A stretch of DNA of 64,000 nt from Nitrospirales bacterium. Its GTDB lineage: Bacteria > Nitrospirota > Nitrospiria > Nitrospirales > UBA8639. Below, in pieces: positions 51,699 to 62,283 of this stretch. Within the stretch, counting starts at the first letter, position 1. Each line of letters starts with the position of its first letter. The stretch is from the NCBI GenBank assembly GCA_963422365.1, contig OY729426.1, positions 384,001-448,000 of the forward strand. Reading direction: 5' to 3'. The translations under genes were made by a program, and so were the position numbers. The notes beneath the pieces were generated by a model. It was given only the letters and a program-made list of their open reading frames with translations, did not search any database and was not told where the DNA came from.

Positions 51699-52949
51699 TT
51701 ATCGATCACATTCTCCCATCACGATGTCGTACGATCCGAAGATCGTGACCGCATCGGCGATCATGTATCCTTTGGCCATATAATCAAACGCGCCCATATG
51801 GATAAAGGACGGGGACCGTATCTTCAAGCGATACGGGTTCCCGCCTCCCGTGCTCACGATATAAAACCCCAGTTCACCTTTATGCGCTTCCGTTCCACAA
51901 TAAATTTCCCCGGGTGGCGCATCGAACCCTTGCGAAAACAGTTTGAACTGCTGAATCATCGATTCGAGATTGGTAAACACCCGGTTCTTGGGCGGCAGCG
52001 TGACGCTGGGCACGTCAGCCATCACAGGCCCCTCCTTCGGCATGTGCTCCATGCACTGACGAACGATCTTGATGCTCTCGCGCATTTCTTCAATGCGGAC
52101 CCAATACCGATCATACGTGTCACCATTTTTGCCGACCGGCACGCTGAACTCGCACTTGGGGTAGGCCCCATACGACTCGTATTTGCGTAAGTCATAATCG
52201 ACGCCGGAACCCCGTAGCGTCGGCCCACTCAACCCATAACCCAACGCATCCTCAGCCGAGATGACCGCCACGCCCACGGTCCGAGCCAACCAAATACGGT
52301 TTTTTTCCAGGAACACCACATATTCATCAATCTTGGCAGGAAAGTACGCAAGAAAGTCCCGAATCTTGGTCTCCAGTGAGGGGGTAAAATCCCGTTCCAC
52401 GCCGCCGATACGATACCAACTGGTCGTCAGCCGCGCCCCGCACAGTTCATCGAACCAGTCAAGCAGAATCTCGCGGTCACGGAACGTGTAGAAAAACACG
52501 GTCATCGCACCAATATCGAGCGCCTGCGTCCCCAACCAAAACAAATGCCCGATAATCCGCTGGATTTCCGCCACAATGGTGCGTAAATAGTCCGCCCGCT
52601 CGGGCACGGTCACGTTCATCAGTTTCTCAACGGCCCGACAATACGCAAAGTTGTTGTACATCGCGCAGACGTAGTCGAGACGATCCGTATGAGGAATAAA
52701 TTGATGATACGTCCCATGTTCGGCGAGTTTTTCCACGCCCCGATGGAGAAAGCCCATCACAACCGTGGATTTCGTAATCCGCTCTCCTTCAAGATCAAGA
52801 ATCACTTTCAGCACGCCATGCGTCGCAGGATGCTGCGGCCCCATGTTCAACAGCAATTCCTCGGTCCGGAGGATCGGAAGATTCTTGGTCTCCGGATGCG
52901 CCGGATCGACTTTATAGACGGTTTCGCGTTGGTCCTGTAAGTGCGCCAT
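51699..52949 (-). CDS. nuoD: NADH-quinone oxidoreductase subunit D
   Basis: NMGPQHPATHGVL, HRGVEK, DRLDY, GECDR. Confidence 0.97.
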   Translation of the reverse strand: MAHLQDQRETVYKVDPAHPETKNLPILRTEELLLNMGPQHPATHGVLKVILDLEGERITKSTVVMGFLHRGVEKLAEHGTYHQFIPHTDRLDYVCAMYNNFAYCRAVEKLMNVTVPERADYLRTIVAEIQRIIGHLFWLGTQALDIGAMTVFFYTFRDREILLDWFDELCGARLTTSWYRIGGVERDFTPSLETKIRDFLAYFPAKIDEYVVFLEKNRIWLARTVGVAVISAEDALGYGLSGPTLRGSGVDYDLRKYESYGAYPKCEFSVPVGKNGDTYDRYWVRIEEMRESIKIVRQCMEHMPKEGPVMADVPSVTLPPKNRVFTNLESMIQQFKLFSQGFDAPPGEIYCGTEAHKGELGFYIVSTGGGNPYRLKIRSPSFIHMGAFDYMAKGYMIADAVTIFGSYDIVMGECDR

Positions 52950-52984
52950 GGTTGCACTTGCTCTCGAAGGATGCCGCCTACTCG

Positions 52985-53485
52985 TCAGGAGGCTGTGCCT
53001 TCATTCAGAAAATCAAACGTATCGCGCCATCCCTTCCCTTGCAGCGGGAAATCTTTTCGCAGCGGATAACCTTCGGGAAAGTCATCCGGCATCAAAATCC
53101 GCCGCATGTCCGGGTGGTTGTTGAAACGAATGCCCATCATGTCAAACACTTCCCGCTCCATAAATTCCGCACCCGGCCAAATATCCGTCAACGAATCAAC
53201 AGAACAATCGTGTTCCGGAACCCGTGCTTTCACGCGAAGGCGATGGCGATGGCGAATGGAATAGACTTCATAGACGACTTCAAAGCGCTCGTCTTCATCC
53301 GGCCAATCCACTGAGCTGACATGCACGATATAATCGCAATCCATGGACGGATCATCCTTCAGGAACCGGCAGATCGCATGTAAGGCTTCGCGTTTCACCG
53401 TCACGGCCAGATCGCCTCGCCATTCTTGGGCATTCACGAACCCGTCGGAAAAGCGGGCTTGGATTGTTTCAGCAAGGGGAGGCAT
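52985..53485 (-). CDS. nuoC: NADH-quinone oxidoreductase subunit C
   Basis: RFEVVY, EREVFDMMGI, HPDMRRIL, PLRKDFP. Confidence 0.96.
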   Translation of the reverse strand: MPPLAETIQARFSDGFVNAQEWRGDLAVTVKREALHAICRFLKDDPSMDCDYIVHVSSVDWPDEDERFEVVYEVYSIRHRHRLRVKARVPEHDCSVDSLTDIWPGAEFMEREVFDMMGIRFNNHPDMRRILMPDDFPEGYPLRKDFPLQGKGWRDTFDFLNEGTAS

Positions 53486-54021
53486 TATCCGATTAGCTTC
53501 TCCTTGGGCCTGACCTGCTCGGGCTGTTTGGTAAAAACCCGCTTCTGCATGATCTGATCCTGCAGTTTGAAAATCCCATCGAATAAGGCTTCGGGGGTCG
53601 GCGGACACCCAGGCACATAAATATCAACCGGAACAAATCGATCCACGCCTTGGACCACACTATAGCTATCGTAAATATTACCGGACGTCGCGCAGGACCC
53701 CATGGAAATGACATATTTCGGTTCCGGCATCTGGTCGTAGATTTTTCGAATGACCGGAGCCATACGCCGACACACCGTCCCCGCCACAATCATCAAATCG
53801 GATTGACGCGGAGAACCACGAAACACGCCGGCCCCGTACCGATCGATATCATACCGGGAGGATACCGCGGCAATCATCTCGATCGCGCAGCAAGCCAACC
53901 CGAACGTCATCGGCCAAAGCGATCCTTTCCGCGCCCAATTTGCGGCTTTTTCCAGAGACAGCGTGATGATCCCGATGTCGCCGTCTTTCTCATGCCTGTT
54001 CCCTATTTGTATCAGTCCCAT
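53485..54021 (-). CDS. nuoB: NADH-quinone oxidoreductase subunit B
   Basis: [25 protein letters not shown]. Confidence 0.97.
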   Translation of the reverse strand: MGLIQIGNRHEKDGDIGIITLSLEKAANWARKGSLWPMTFGLACCAIEMIAAVSSRYDIDRYGAGVFRGSPRQSDLMIVAGTVCRRMAPVIRKIYDQMPEPKYVISMGSCATSGNIYDSYSVVQGVDRFVPVDIYVPGCPPTPEALFDGIFKLQDQIMQKRVFTKQPEQVRPKEKLIG

Positions 54022-54034
54022 GGATTCCTCGTTT

Positions 54035-54421
54035 CTAGTCCCACTCCAACGCGCCTTTTCTCCACGCATACACATACGCCACCACGAACAGCCCGATAAA
54101 AATCATCATTTCAATGAGGCCGATCACGCCAAGTTGGTCAAAGGTGACGGCCCAGGGATAGAGAAAAATGACTTCAATATCAAAAATAACAAACAGCATC
54201 GCGATGACATAATACCGGACGGGGAACGGGATACGAGAATCAGAAAACGGCTCACTGCCACATTCATAGACGCTTAATTTTTCAGCTTCCGGGTATTTCG
54301 GTTGGACAAGATAACTCAGGACAAGCGTCACCAGACCGAATCCCAACGCCAGTATCATAAACACGACAATTGGCGAATATTTTGCCAAATAGTCTAACAA
54401 CAGATCGAACTCACTGGCCAT
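54035..54421 (-). CDS. nuoA: NADH-quinone oxidoreductase subunit A
   Basis: YECG, FVIFDIE, YPWA, KGALEW. Confidence 0.96.
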   Translation of the reverse strand: MASEFDLLLDYLAKYSPIVVFMILALGFGLVTLVLSYLVQPKYPEAEKLSVYECGSEPFSDSRIPFPVRYYVIAMLFVIFDIEVIFLYPWAVTFDQLGVIGLIEMMIFIGLFVVAYVYAWRKGALEWD

Positions 54422-54501
54422 GAAAATTTGACCTCGCAAAAGCTGTTCCCCGACATCTTGGATCGGGGGCCAAAAACTTCAATCTTTTCGCAGGAGTTTG
54501 C

Positions 54502-54531
54502 ATCGTAGCACCCTGTTTTCTGACGAATCAA
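54502..54531 (-). promoter_or_regulatory. candidate nuo operon promoter
   Basis: TTGATT, 18 bp, extended -10 TGnTACGAT, about 80 bp upstream of nuoA. Confidence 0.4.
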
Positions 54532-54794
54532 GAGGACAAAAGACCTACCATCCCATTAGCAAAAGCCCCAAGGCCCTGCCCTGTTTTCTCTCGTCCGGCC
54601 TTCCCATGCCTCAGAGAGGCGCCGGCCTACGCTCGAACTACCCCTCTTGGTGGTTTTCAGCAGTCACTCGCCGGCGCGTTGGAAGCAATCCCGGGAGCGA
54701 GAGAGTGAGAAGGAGGACATACGGAATTCAGTTCGTCTGGACATGGGATCAATCTGTTGGTTGGCACGCGTACCGGAATACGGTCCATTACCTT

Positions 54795-55074
54795 ATGACC
54801 CTGATGCTCCGACATCGCGGGCTCAAGCGATTTGTATGAACGCGGAGGTCCGAGCAGCGTGCGTGCCGATCAGGCGGAACGCATTGCACTCGCTTGGGCT
54901 GATCTCGACGACGCCGGCAAGCCCTTGGACCTCGATTTGCCTAGATATCGGCTTCACCGGCTGAAGGGCAAGCTGAAGGGAGTTTGGAGCATCTCGATTT
55001 CCGGAAACTGGCGGCTCATCTTCGGCTTTGAGGAGGGTGATGCGTACGACGTCGACTTGATCGACTCTCACTAG
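54795..55074 (+). pseudogene. higB: HigB (RelE/ParE-type) toxin, frameshifted
   Basis: RHRGLKR | [40 protein letters not shown]; extra T near 54831. Confidence 0.85.
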
Positions 55075-55088
55075 CAGGAGGCAAAAAC

Positions 55089-55391
55089 ATGGCGATGAAA
55101 AATCCACCTCATCCCGGCCGCAGCATCAAGGAAAACGGCTTGGACCCGGTCGGTTTGAACGTTACCGAAGCGGCGAAGGTGTTGGGTGTGGCCCGTCACA
55201 CGCTCTCGCGCGTCTTGCGCGTCTTGAATGGACGCGCGGCTATTTCACCGGAGATGGCTATTCGACTGGAGAAGGCAGGATGGTCCAATGCCGAGTTCTG
55301 GTCGCGCAGGCAGACCACCTACGATCTAGCGCAAGCGCGCAAAGGCGAAGACCGGATCAACGTCGAACCCTGCCAGCCACAGGCGGTTTGA
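55089..55391 (+). CDS. higA: HigA antitoxin
   Basis: [29 protein letters not shown]; in-frame 9-bp duplication CGCGTCTTG (55209-55226). Confidence 0.88.
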   Translation: MAMKNPPHPGRSIKENGLDPVGLNVTEAAKVLGVARHTLSRVLRVLNGRAAISPEMAIRLEKAGWSNAEFWSRRQTTYDLAQARKGEDRINVEPCQPQAV

Positions 55392-56805
55392 TGAAACGAA
55401 AATTGCACGCGGCAACGTGGTCATGTTTGCAGCGTTAGGTCCGCCTGAACTGTCATTCGGTTTATTGCTTGGTGGGCCAGATCGGTTTGGGTGACCAGTG
55501 TCTTCTCTGACGGACCTATCAGCAAGATCCAGGGGCATTTTCACCTAAGAGGGTCTCCTTCGTCATCGAACCGCCCGAAGAATTCGATCCGCTTCAGGCG
55601 ACTCAAGCCAGAATATCTCGACTGGATGAAAGATTTTGCGGAAAGGGCAAACCAAGTAAAGGTTCGAGGGAAAGAGAGCGGAAAACCTTTGGATCGAAGC
55701 GATTGACTGGGAGCCGTGATCCGTTGCGCAAAATCGATCGGCGATCTCGGCATGAATCAGACTGCAGCGAGATACAGAAAAGAGCGCACCCCGGGTACCG
55801 ACTCTACACTAACAGAGATACCAGAGGAAGATGGCGCGGTCATCTTCGAGATGAGTAAGCAGGATCGAATCACAACGTCCTGGGATTGGGGGAAATCCAC
55901 TTGCCGGAGCGAGGCGAAGGTCTGTTCCATTCTATGGGGTAAACGTAGAGACGACTGGTTTCGGGAACTAGACAGCGGCAGGCATTCTCCTCCGGTGAAT
56001 GATTTTATAAGAGATGAAATTCGTACGATATTCTATCGACCACCAGAGGAAGTTGCACTCCCGAGAGACTTTAACAAGACAGAGGCTGGTAGAAGAAAAG
56101 AGAGAGCAACGAGGCGAGAGAGAGGCCGTTGCGCTTCAGGAGAAAAGGCATAGGATGATTCGGATACAGGGCATGGAGTAAATGGACTTCATCGAGAATG
56201 GCTTGGCCTGGCAACCTGAAATACATGGGAGCAGACGATGGACAAAGTCGGGTGAAGATGCGGTCGTCGGAGCCAACCGTGGAGAAAAGCCTTGGTCGCA
56301 CCTCGCCAACATGAAGGAACTTCGCTTCTTGACACCGATGTAAGCTCCGCCTGAGCACCCAGGGAGTCGCGGGGGGGCTCCGGCAGGAACCGGACGGACA
56401 TTTCCTCAAATGCATCGAAGAGACAACGTTTCAAAAAGTCAGGGAAAGAATGGGGAAGGGCTCTTTACGATTTCCGCATATCCTGCGGGGACCGTTTCAA
56501 ATTTTTGGGAGGCACCCCTTGAGAACCTTCCCATTCATTCGTCAGGGGAGCGACCGCCTTGGCCTTTTTCCGCCGATGGATTTGGGTTTGAATGCGTCGC
56601 GGCGCTTTTCCGTCAGATGGGTTTTCTCTATCCGGCTGCACGTGATTCATAGATAAACGGTATGGTAGTCGCAGTTGGCGACAGGAAGCAACACAGGCCC
56701 AAGACACCTTCGCCACGACAGTGGCCAAAGAGACGCAGCCAAATGCGGATCAACGGGAGGCGCGATTCGTGAAAAAGCACGGCGGAAACCGTGCGGGGAA
56801 ATTTG

Positions 56806-57027
56806 TCAGGATCGTGGTCGTTTTCCGTTTTTCGCCAAGTCTTTGATGGCAAGCTGCAACTCGGATTGAATCATCCCCTTCAGCGGCTCACGAAAATTTT
56901 TCGTTTTTAAGGACGTCCGTAATTCTTCCTCGGTGACTTCCTGAATGACCGATGCCAGTGTGTTGTGGATCGCAGTCCGAACGCTCTCTCGAATGACGGA
57001 CTTTATTCCGGCGGTTGAACTTGGCAT
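56806..57027 (-). CDS. small helical hypothetical protein
   Basis: 73-aa ORF with a strong AAGGAG RBS. Confidence 0.65.
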   Translation of the reverse strand: MPSSTAGIKSVIRESVRTAIHNTLASVIQEVTEEELRTSLKTKNFREPLKGMIQSELQLAIKDLAKNGKRPRS

Positions 57028-57183
57028 TGCTCCTTCTCCCTTCTTTCGTCAAGACACCGGCTTCAAAGGAGTTGAGGCCGTCAGTCTACCCATGGTTGCC
57101 TGACGGCACAAGAAAGCTTTACCGGGTTTTTCGACAAACAGCAAGACGTTCAATACCAAAAAGTCGCAACAACCGACACGGGA

Positions 57184-57735
57184 TTACGGAGAGGGTGCGG
57201 ACCACTGTGGCATACGCGAAGGCTGCTCTTCTAAATGGCTGGTATCATAAATCCGTTCATTTCCGGTGATGCCGTCCTCATCGGGATCCGACCACATCTC
57301 GCCTTTGCCTGTTTCAAATTCCCCATTCCCGTTGCGATCCAACCAATAGAACAACGGAGCCCCGACCGTCACGACGACGGGTGTACCGAATTCATCCAGC
57401 CAGACTTTGTAGGTTCGTCGGGCTGTCATATAGTTCACCACACTATCCCCGTTCATATCAAATTCACGGAAAAACAGGTCATTGCGCCAATCGTAATACG
57501 CCTTGACCTCACGATCGTCAAATTCTTCGGGCTCTTCCGGAAGAGGCGAGAAATCTCGCAAATGCGTTTCCTGAGAAGACTGGGAAGGCGACCGAGAAGG
57601 CGAATGACTCGGGGGCGGGGTCGCATTCAATGAAGGCTCTTGTCCATACACCTGCAAGGTCGGCATTCCCACAGTCTCAAGGAGAGCCCAGATCATCACA
57701 GGGAGCACACCTGTCCATGTTCTCTTTTTAGACAT
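57184..57735 (-). CDS. exported hypothetical protein with Dx[DN]xDG-like loops
   Basis: N-terminal hydrophobic stretch, Pro/Ser linker, DMNGDS, DRNGNG, DPDEDG. Confidence 0.7.
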   Translation of the reverse strand: MSKKRTWTGVLPVMIWALLETVGMPTLQVYGQEPSLNATPPPSHSPSRSPSQSSQETHLRDFSPLPEEPEEFDDREVKAYYDWRNDLFFREFDMNGDSVVNYMTARRTYKVWLDEFGTPVVVTVGAPLFYWLDRNGNGEFETGKGEMWSDPDEDGITGNERIYDTSHLEEQPSRMPQWSAPSP

Positions 57736-57940
57736 GACCTGTCACCCGAGTCTAGGCCTCATGAAGCCTGTTCCACATGAGTATTATAATAGAAAAACCG
57801 CAACTCGGCAGGTACAAGGGCCAGACCCACGAGTTCAGTTCACCCTGCCCCCACGGATTCAGACGAGATTCAGGCTTTTGTCTCAGGAACCTGATTCCCT
57901 TCGTTGTGAGGTCATGATTCCTTTGGCACAATAGCCTTGT

Positions 57941-60166
57941 ATGCCCTCATCATATGCCGACGTCGTCTTTCCCCCCAGACTCTCGCAATCCTTTACTTAC
58001 TGTATTCCTCAGTCGTGGAGTTCCATGCCCAAAGTAGGACAATGGGTCCTGGCGCCATTCGGGCCACGTCTCAAGCCGGGGATTATTGTCTCTCTTCGCG
58101 AGAACGCGAAGCAACCTCCTGTCGATCCGAGCCGCATTCGCGAACTCTGTCTCATCACGTCCGCGCACTGGGACCCGAATCCCAATCTCATCGCCTTGGC
58201 GCAATGGATGGCCGACTATTATCTGGCCCCGACAGGAAGCTGTCTGGCACTTGTCCAGCCGCCGAGGCTTCCCTTTCGCCGTCGCACCCGCTGGGCCATT
58301 ACCCCGCAAGGACAACAACGCGTGGAAACCATTCGGCCCGGCACCTCCACGCACAAACTCCTTGCCGCTCTTGCCAAACGTCCCAAAGGCCTGGCGCAAT
58401 CAACCATTGACACGCTTCTGGACAACCCCTCCACAGTGCTGAAAAGGCTCAAACGACACAAATGGATTCAGGACCAGCAAGACTGGACCGAACTGCCGTT
58501 TCAAAGTAGCCCCGCACCCGCATCCCCGGCGAAGGGGGTTCTCGACGTCTCGGATGAAAGTCCCGGCCTTCCCTCATGGTGGAACCGTTTTCAGCAACAC
58601 CTTCAGGCAAAACGATTCAGTGAGGCGCTGACCACTGAATTGGAATTCCCGCATGCTCTGTTAAGCACAGTCATCCGAGAAACGATGGCCCACGCACGCA
58701 TGGTCCTGGTGATTACTCCGAATATCAACCTAGCGGCGCACTTGGTCTCTTATCTTCAGCACTCAGTGAAACGTCCGATAGGAGAGTTTCACAGCGGCCT
58801 TTCGGAAAAACAGCGTTTTCAACAATGGCAAGCCATCAAACAGGGGCTCTATCCCGTGGTCGTGGGGACCAGATCTGCGCTTTTCCTTCCTCTCCCTGCT
58901 CTAGGCTGCGTGTGGCTCGAACATGAAGGGGATCGTGCCTATAAAGAAGATCCCAGTCCACACTATTATGCTCGGGAGGTCGCACGAAAACGAGCCGCGT
59001 TGGACAACGCCGTGCTCGTACTTCATACTCCTTACCCCACACTTGAAACCGTCCATCACTTTGCGAACCACGACGAGTCTTCGCAGTCTCTCCCTAGCCG
59101 GACGAATGCGATTCAGATGGTCAGCCTTCACGATACCGCTTTCGGCACGATTTTCTCCGATGCCTTGCAGCACGGCATCCAGCAGGCCCTGGCCCAAGGT
59201 GGCGGGGCCATTGTCTATCACAATCGCAAAGGGTTTTCCTCGTCCCTCACCTGTCGGGATTGTGGAACGGCACCACAATGCCTGCGCTGCCGGATTTCGT
59301 TGAGTCTCCGACCCTCACAACTGCAATGCTCCTATTGTGGGCAGGCCGAGCCCATGCCGGCCACGTGTCCATCCTGTTCCGGCATTCATCTAGAGCCGGT
59401 TGGATTCGGCACCGAACGCCTTGAAAAAGAATTGCGACGTCTGTACCCCCAGGCAACCATCGGACGCTGTGACGGAAACACGATCAAGAGCGAATCCACT
59501 GCACGCCACATCCGAGAGCAATTTTCCCAAAGGAAGATCCAGATTGTCGTTGGGACACAAATGCTCTTTCAGTCCTCACCCTTCACGCCGGTGAGATGCG
59601 TCGGCATCCCCTATGCGGACGCAGGCCTTCACGTTCCGGACTTTCGATCGTCTGAACGCGTGTTTCACCATGTCCAACAGGCCGTCGATCTGCTAACTCC
59701 CGGCCTCTCCGGATCCGCGATTATTCAAACACGGCTGCCTTCCCACCCGGTGATGCATGCCATCGGCCAACAACAACCCAAGCTCTTCTATGACCACGAA
59801 TTGGCCTTTCGCCAACTGGCGGGGTACCCACCCTTTGGACATCTCATTCAGTTGCACGTCTCGGGCCAAAAGGCAACGGAAACCGAGGAGGCTGCAAAAA
59901 CATGGCGGGAGCACCTCACAAGACAGCTCGCACACATGATCGCAAGAGGAGAGATGCAACGACATGAACAGGACGCCATCCTGGGCCCCCTTGCCTCCCA
60001 TGGGCCCAAAACGCGAGGACTGTCCCGCTATCATCTGTTGGTCAAATTCAAAGACGGGATCGCCGCCAGAAACCTCGTGCGACAGACGCTGGATCGGATG
60101 ACCAAGGAAGAACCCTCTCGACGCATGAAATTTGGGGTGAACGTGGATCCACTTGACGTGATCTAG
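57941..60166 (+). CDS. priA: primosomal protein N' with degenerate helicase motifs
   Basis: PriA N-terminal domain, HSGLS, GTRSALF, four CxxC pairs, GTERLE, GTQM, PDFRSSER, YPPF, VDP. Confidence 0.9.
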   Translation: MPSSYADVVFPPRLSQSFTYCIPQSWSSMPKVGQWVLAPFGPRLKPGIIVSLRENAKQPPVDPSRIRELCLITSAHWDPNPNLIALAQWMADYYLAPTGSCLALVQPPRLPFRRRTRWAITPQGQQRVETIRPGTSTHKLLAALAKRPKGLAQSTIDTLLDNPSTVLKRLKRHKWIQDQQDWTELPFQSSPAPASPAKGVLDVSDESPGLPSWWNRFQQHLQAKRFSEALTTELEFPHALLSTVIRETMAHARMVLVITPNINLAAHLVSYLQHSVKRPIGEFHSGLSEKQRFQQWQAIKQGLYPVVVGTRSALFLPLPALGCVWLEHEGDRAYKEDPSPHYYAREVARKRAALDNAVLVLHTPYPTLETVHHFANHDESSQSLPSRTNAIQMVSLHDTAFGTIFSDALQHGIQQALAQGGGAIVYHNRKGFSSSLTCRDCGTAPQCLRCRISLSLRPSQLQCSYCGQAEPMPATCPSCSGIHLEPVGFGTERLEKELRRLYPQATIGRCDGNTIKSESTARHIREQFSQRKIQIVVGTQMLFQSSPFTPVRCVGIPYADAGLHVPDFRSSERVFHHVQQAVDLLTPGLSGSAIIQTRLPSHPVMHAIGQQQPKLFYDHELAFRQLAGYPPFGHLIQLHVSGQKATETEEAAKTWREHLTRQLAHMIARGEMQRHEQDAILGPLASHGPKTRGLSRYHLLVKFKDGIAARNLVRQTLDRMTKEEPSRRMKFGVNVDPLDVI

Positions 60167-60225
60167 CAGGAGGATTGTTACGTGCTACGAAAGATACGCT
60201 CGACAAGCACAAAATCTTCATCCGT

Positions 60226-60254
60226 CATCATGCGCCCGGTTCGGGCGCATGATG
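60226..60254. terminator. 13-bp perfect hairpin downstream of priA
   Basis: CATCATGCGCCCG-GTT-CGGGCGCATGATG; no U-tract. Confidence 0.45.
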
Positions 60255-60300
60255 GTCGAGAAATCCGGCCACGCTTGCTCCTGTTGTCGGTTTAACCGAT

Positions 60301-60563
60301 GATCTAAGTATTATGGATGGAACGAAAGTCAATACAACCTGTTGACTTCGTAACGAATTTCATGTTCTGGCTGTTGATATTTTTGCCTTCGAAAAGAAAT
60401 GGAAATTCGTTTTGCAAAAAAACAGCGACCTGCCGTCTTCCAACTACGCCATACTGAATATCAACGAAGTCAGTTACGTGCTACTCTCGTCACCGTTCAT
60501 TGGCCGCCCAAGACGCCGTTCGATGAGGAACCCTTTACTTTGATGAACGAGAGGCTTTCGTAA
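60301..60563 (+). pseudogene. C-terminal remnant of a probable restriction endonuclease
   Basis: DGTKVNTTC*..EFHVLAVDIFAFEKKW / ATLVTVHWPP..PF; convergent with the MTase remnant. Confidence 0.4.
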
Positions 60564-61107
60564 ACCGCATCTGCGACGCTTTCTTGCCTCTTTTTGCAAA
60601 GACAAGGAAGTATGAATGGTTCTTTCTGGCATGCATCTGATTGATAATCCTGCTCATTCCGGGTTTATTCGGGAGAACAACGATAAACAAATCTTTGCAG
60701 AAGAATCCGATGGTGTCGTATGAGTTGATGATTTCCATAACCCGCCTTCGTGGTCTTCCCTTTCCTGTAAAACCCTTCCATGTAGGGTGGATCGAAGATT
60801 GTCACATCAAATGAATTATTTTGTAAGGGAGGTTTCGGCAGTCTATGCCTTCCGCAATATCGGACGGGGAAAAATCGTAGTTACTCGTATCGATATTTCT
60901 CCAAAAGACTCCTTTGCCATACGCCACATCCGCAATGTTTGCTCCATTTGTAACATGAAGCTTTAACGCCTTTGGGAACACGTCTGCATTCGTTCCGACA
61001 TACGCAGAGAAGATAAGATCTGATGTTGCTACGCCATTGGGTCTTCTTCCTGAAGGCGCATGCTGTCTCGTTAAGTCAAAAAACATTTCAACGTGTTTCG
61101 TCTTCAT
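60535..61107 (-). pseudogene. amino (N4/N6) DNA methyltransferase, disrupted
   Basis: ADVAYGKGVFW, then after a frameshift [10 protein letters not shown], then [12 protein letters not shown] in a third piece. Confidence 0.7.
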
Positions 61108-61322
61108 CACTCCTCGATATTTCCAAATTTCTCTTCCAGAAGTTCCCTTATCGCCTCTGCCATCTTCATACCTGGTCTTGCACACCCTACCTTGATATTG
61201 GCATGAAGAGAAGCTGGAACGTCAATGGTGAGACGTTTCATTTCAGTCGCCGTTATTCCGAACAGAGGGGACGGCTCACGCACCACCCATCCCCGATTAC
61301 CAATGTCGGGGACAGGGTTCAA
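61107..61322 (-). CDS. ParG-like ribbon-helix-helix protein
   Basis: MKRLTIDVPASLH..IK..A...MAEAIRELL; TGATG coupling to the MTase; start uncertain. Confidence 0.6.
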   Translation of the reverse strand: MNPVPDIGNRGWVVREPSPLFGITATEMKRLTIDVPASLHANIKVGCARPGMKMAEAIRELLEEKFGNIEE

Positions 61323-61338
61323 TGTCGGGGACAGGGTT
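61301..61338. repeat. 19-bp perfect tandem duplication
   Basis: CAATGTCGGGGACAGGGTT x2. Confidence 0.9.
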
Positions 61339-61424
61339 GCGAGATGTGTTTACTGAATCGTATTTCATGATTTACGATTTTACAGAAACTAGCCTCCTCA
61401 AATAAGATGTTTCGCGAAAGTTCT

Positions 61425-61853
61425 TTACCGTTGCTTCTTTCGCTTGGCTTTGGCCTGATTCGGCGTTAATGGAGAATCGGACTCTTGTGGTGGGGATTGG
61501 GTTCGACGGTAAAGCCCATACGCAAAGGTCAGCCAGAAAATCCCTGAAAACACCCCGAACAGCACCGCCGTAAAAACATGGCTCATCTCTTCGATCGGAG
61601 GGTCGGGACCGAATTGCCGGAGTTCGCCTAGCATGAGAAAGGGCCACGCCAGACTTTCAAGCCCCAACAGCAAGGTGGCCCACATCCAGACGTGAGCCAC
61701 GCCGGGACAGATTTTCGCCAATACCACCGTGAGCCCCACAACCACCAGCACGGTCACGGCTAAGGAGAGTCCTCCTTGCAGAAGCCACAGCCCTCCAGCC
61801 ACGGCCATGGCGCCGAGCACGGCATTGACTAGCAGCTTGGGATCGTTCGGCAT
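61425..61853 (-). CDS. membrane protein
   Basis: About four hydrophobic segments and a basic tail. Confidence 0.75.
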   Translation of the reverse strand: MPNDPKLLVNAVLGAMAVAGGLWLLQGGLSLAVTVLVVVGLTVVLAKICPGVAHVWMWATLLLGLESLAWPFLMLGELRQFGPDPPIEEMSHVFTAVLFGVFSGIFWLTFAYGLYRRTQSPPQESDSPLTPNQAKAKRKKQR

Positions 61854-62283
61854 AGCACCACCGTAGCATATTTATTCTATACACGCACAGCACTATGGCA
61901 GTCATGGAAGGACACATAGGGTGGAGCAGCCAGTGAAGACGTTGCGAAACGCCGGATAGCCTTTGTGGCGACTTTTTCTCCGTCTTTTGTCGCTGGGGGA
62001 TCTCATCACGCCCTCTTCCTGGCCGCATAAAGGCATGTCCCTGCCTCTTTACTTGGCGGCAGAAGGCGAGCAGGGGTGTTGCCGCTACAGGGAAAGGCCG
62101 CATGAGATACGGCTCTACAAATACAGAGAAACGACTGTAGCCGCGCGCGCCATGCTCTGAGGCAGAGCCTACCCCATACCCTGATACGGGGGACATGCAC
62201 TATGGCGACTTCCCATACGCTTGATGACGTGCTGCTGTTTCGGGAATGACGCAACCAAGAACATCGAAGGAAGAACGGAACCC

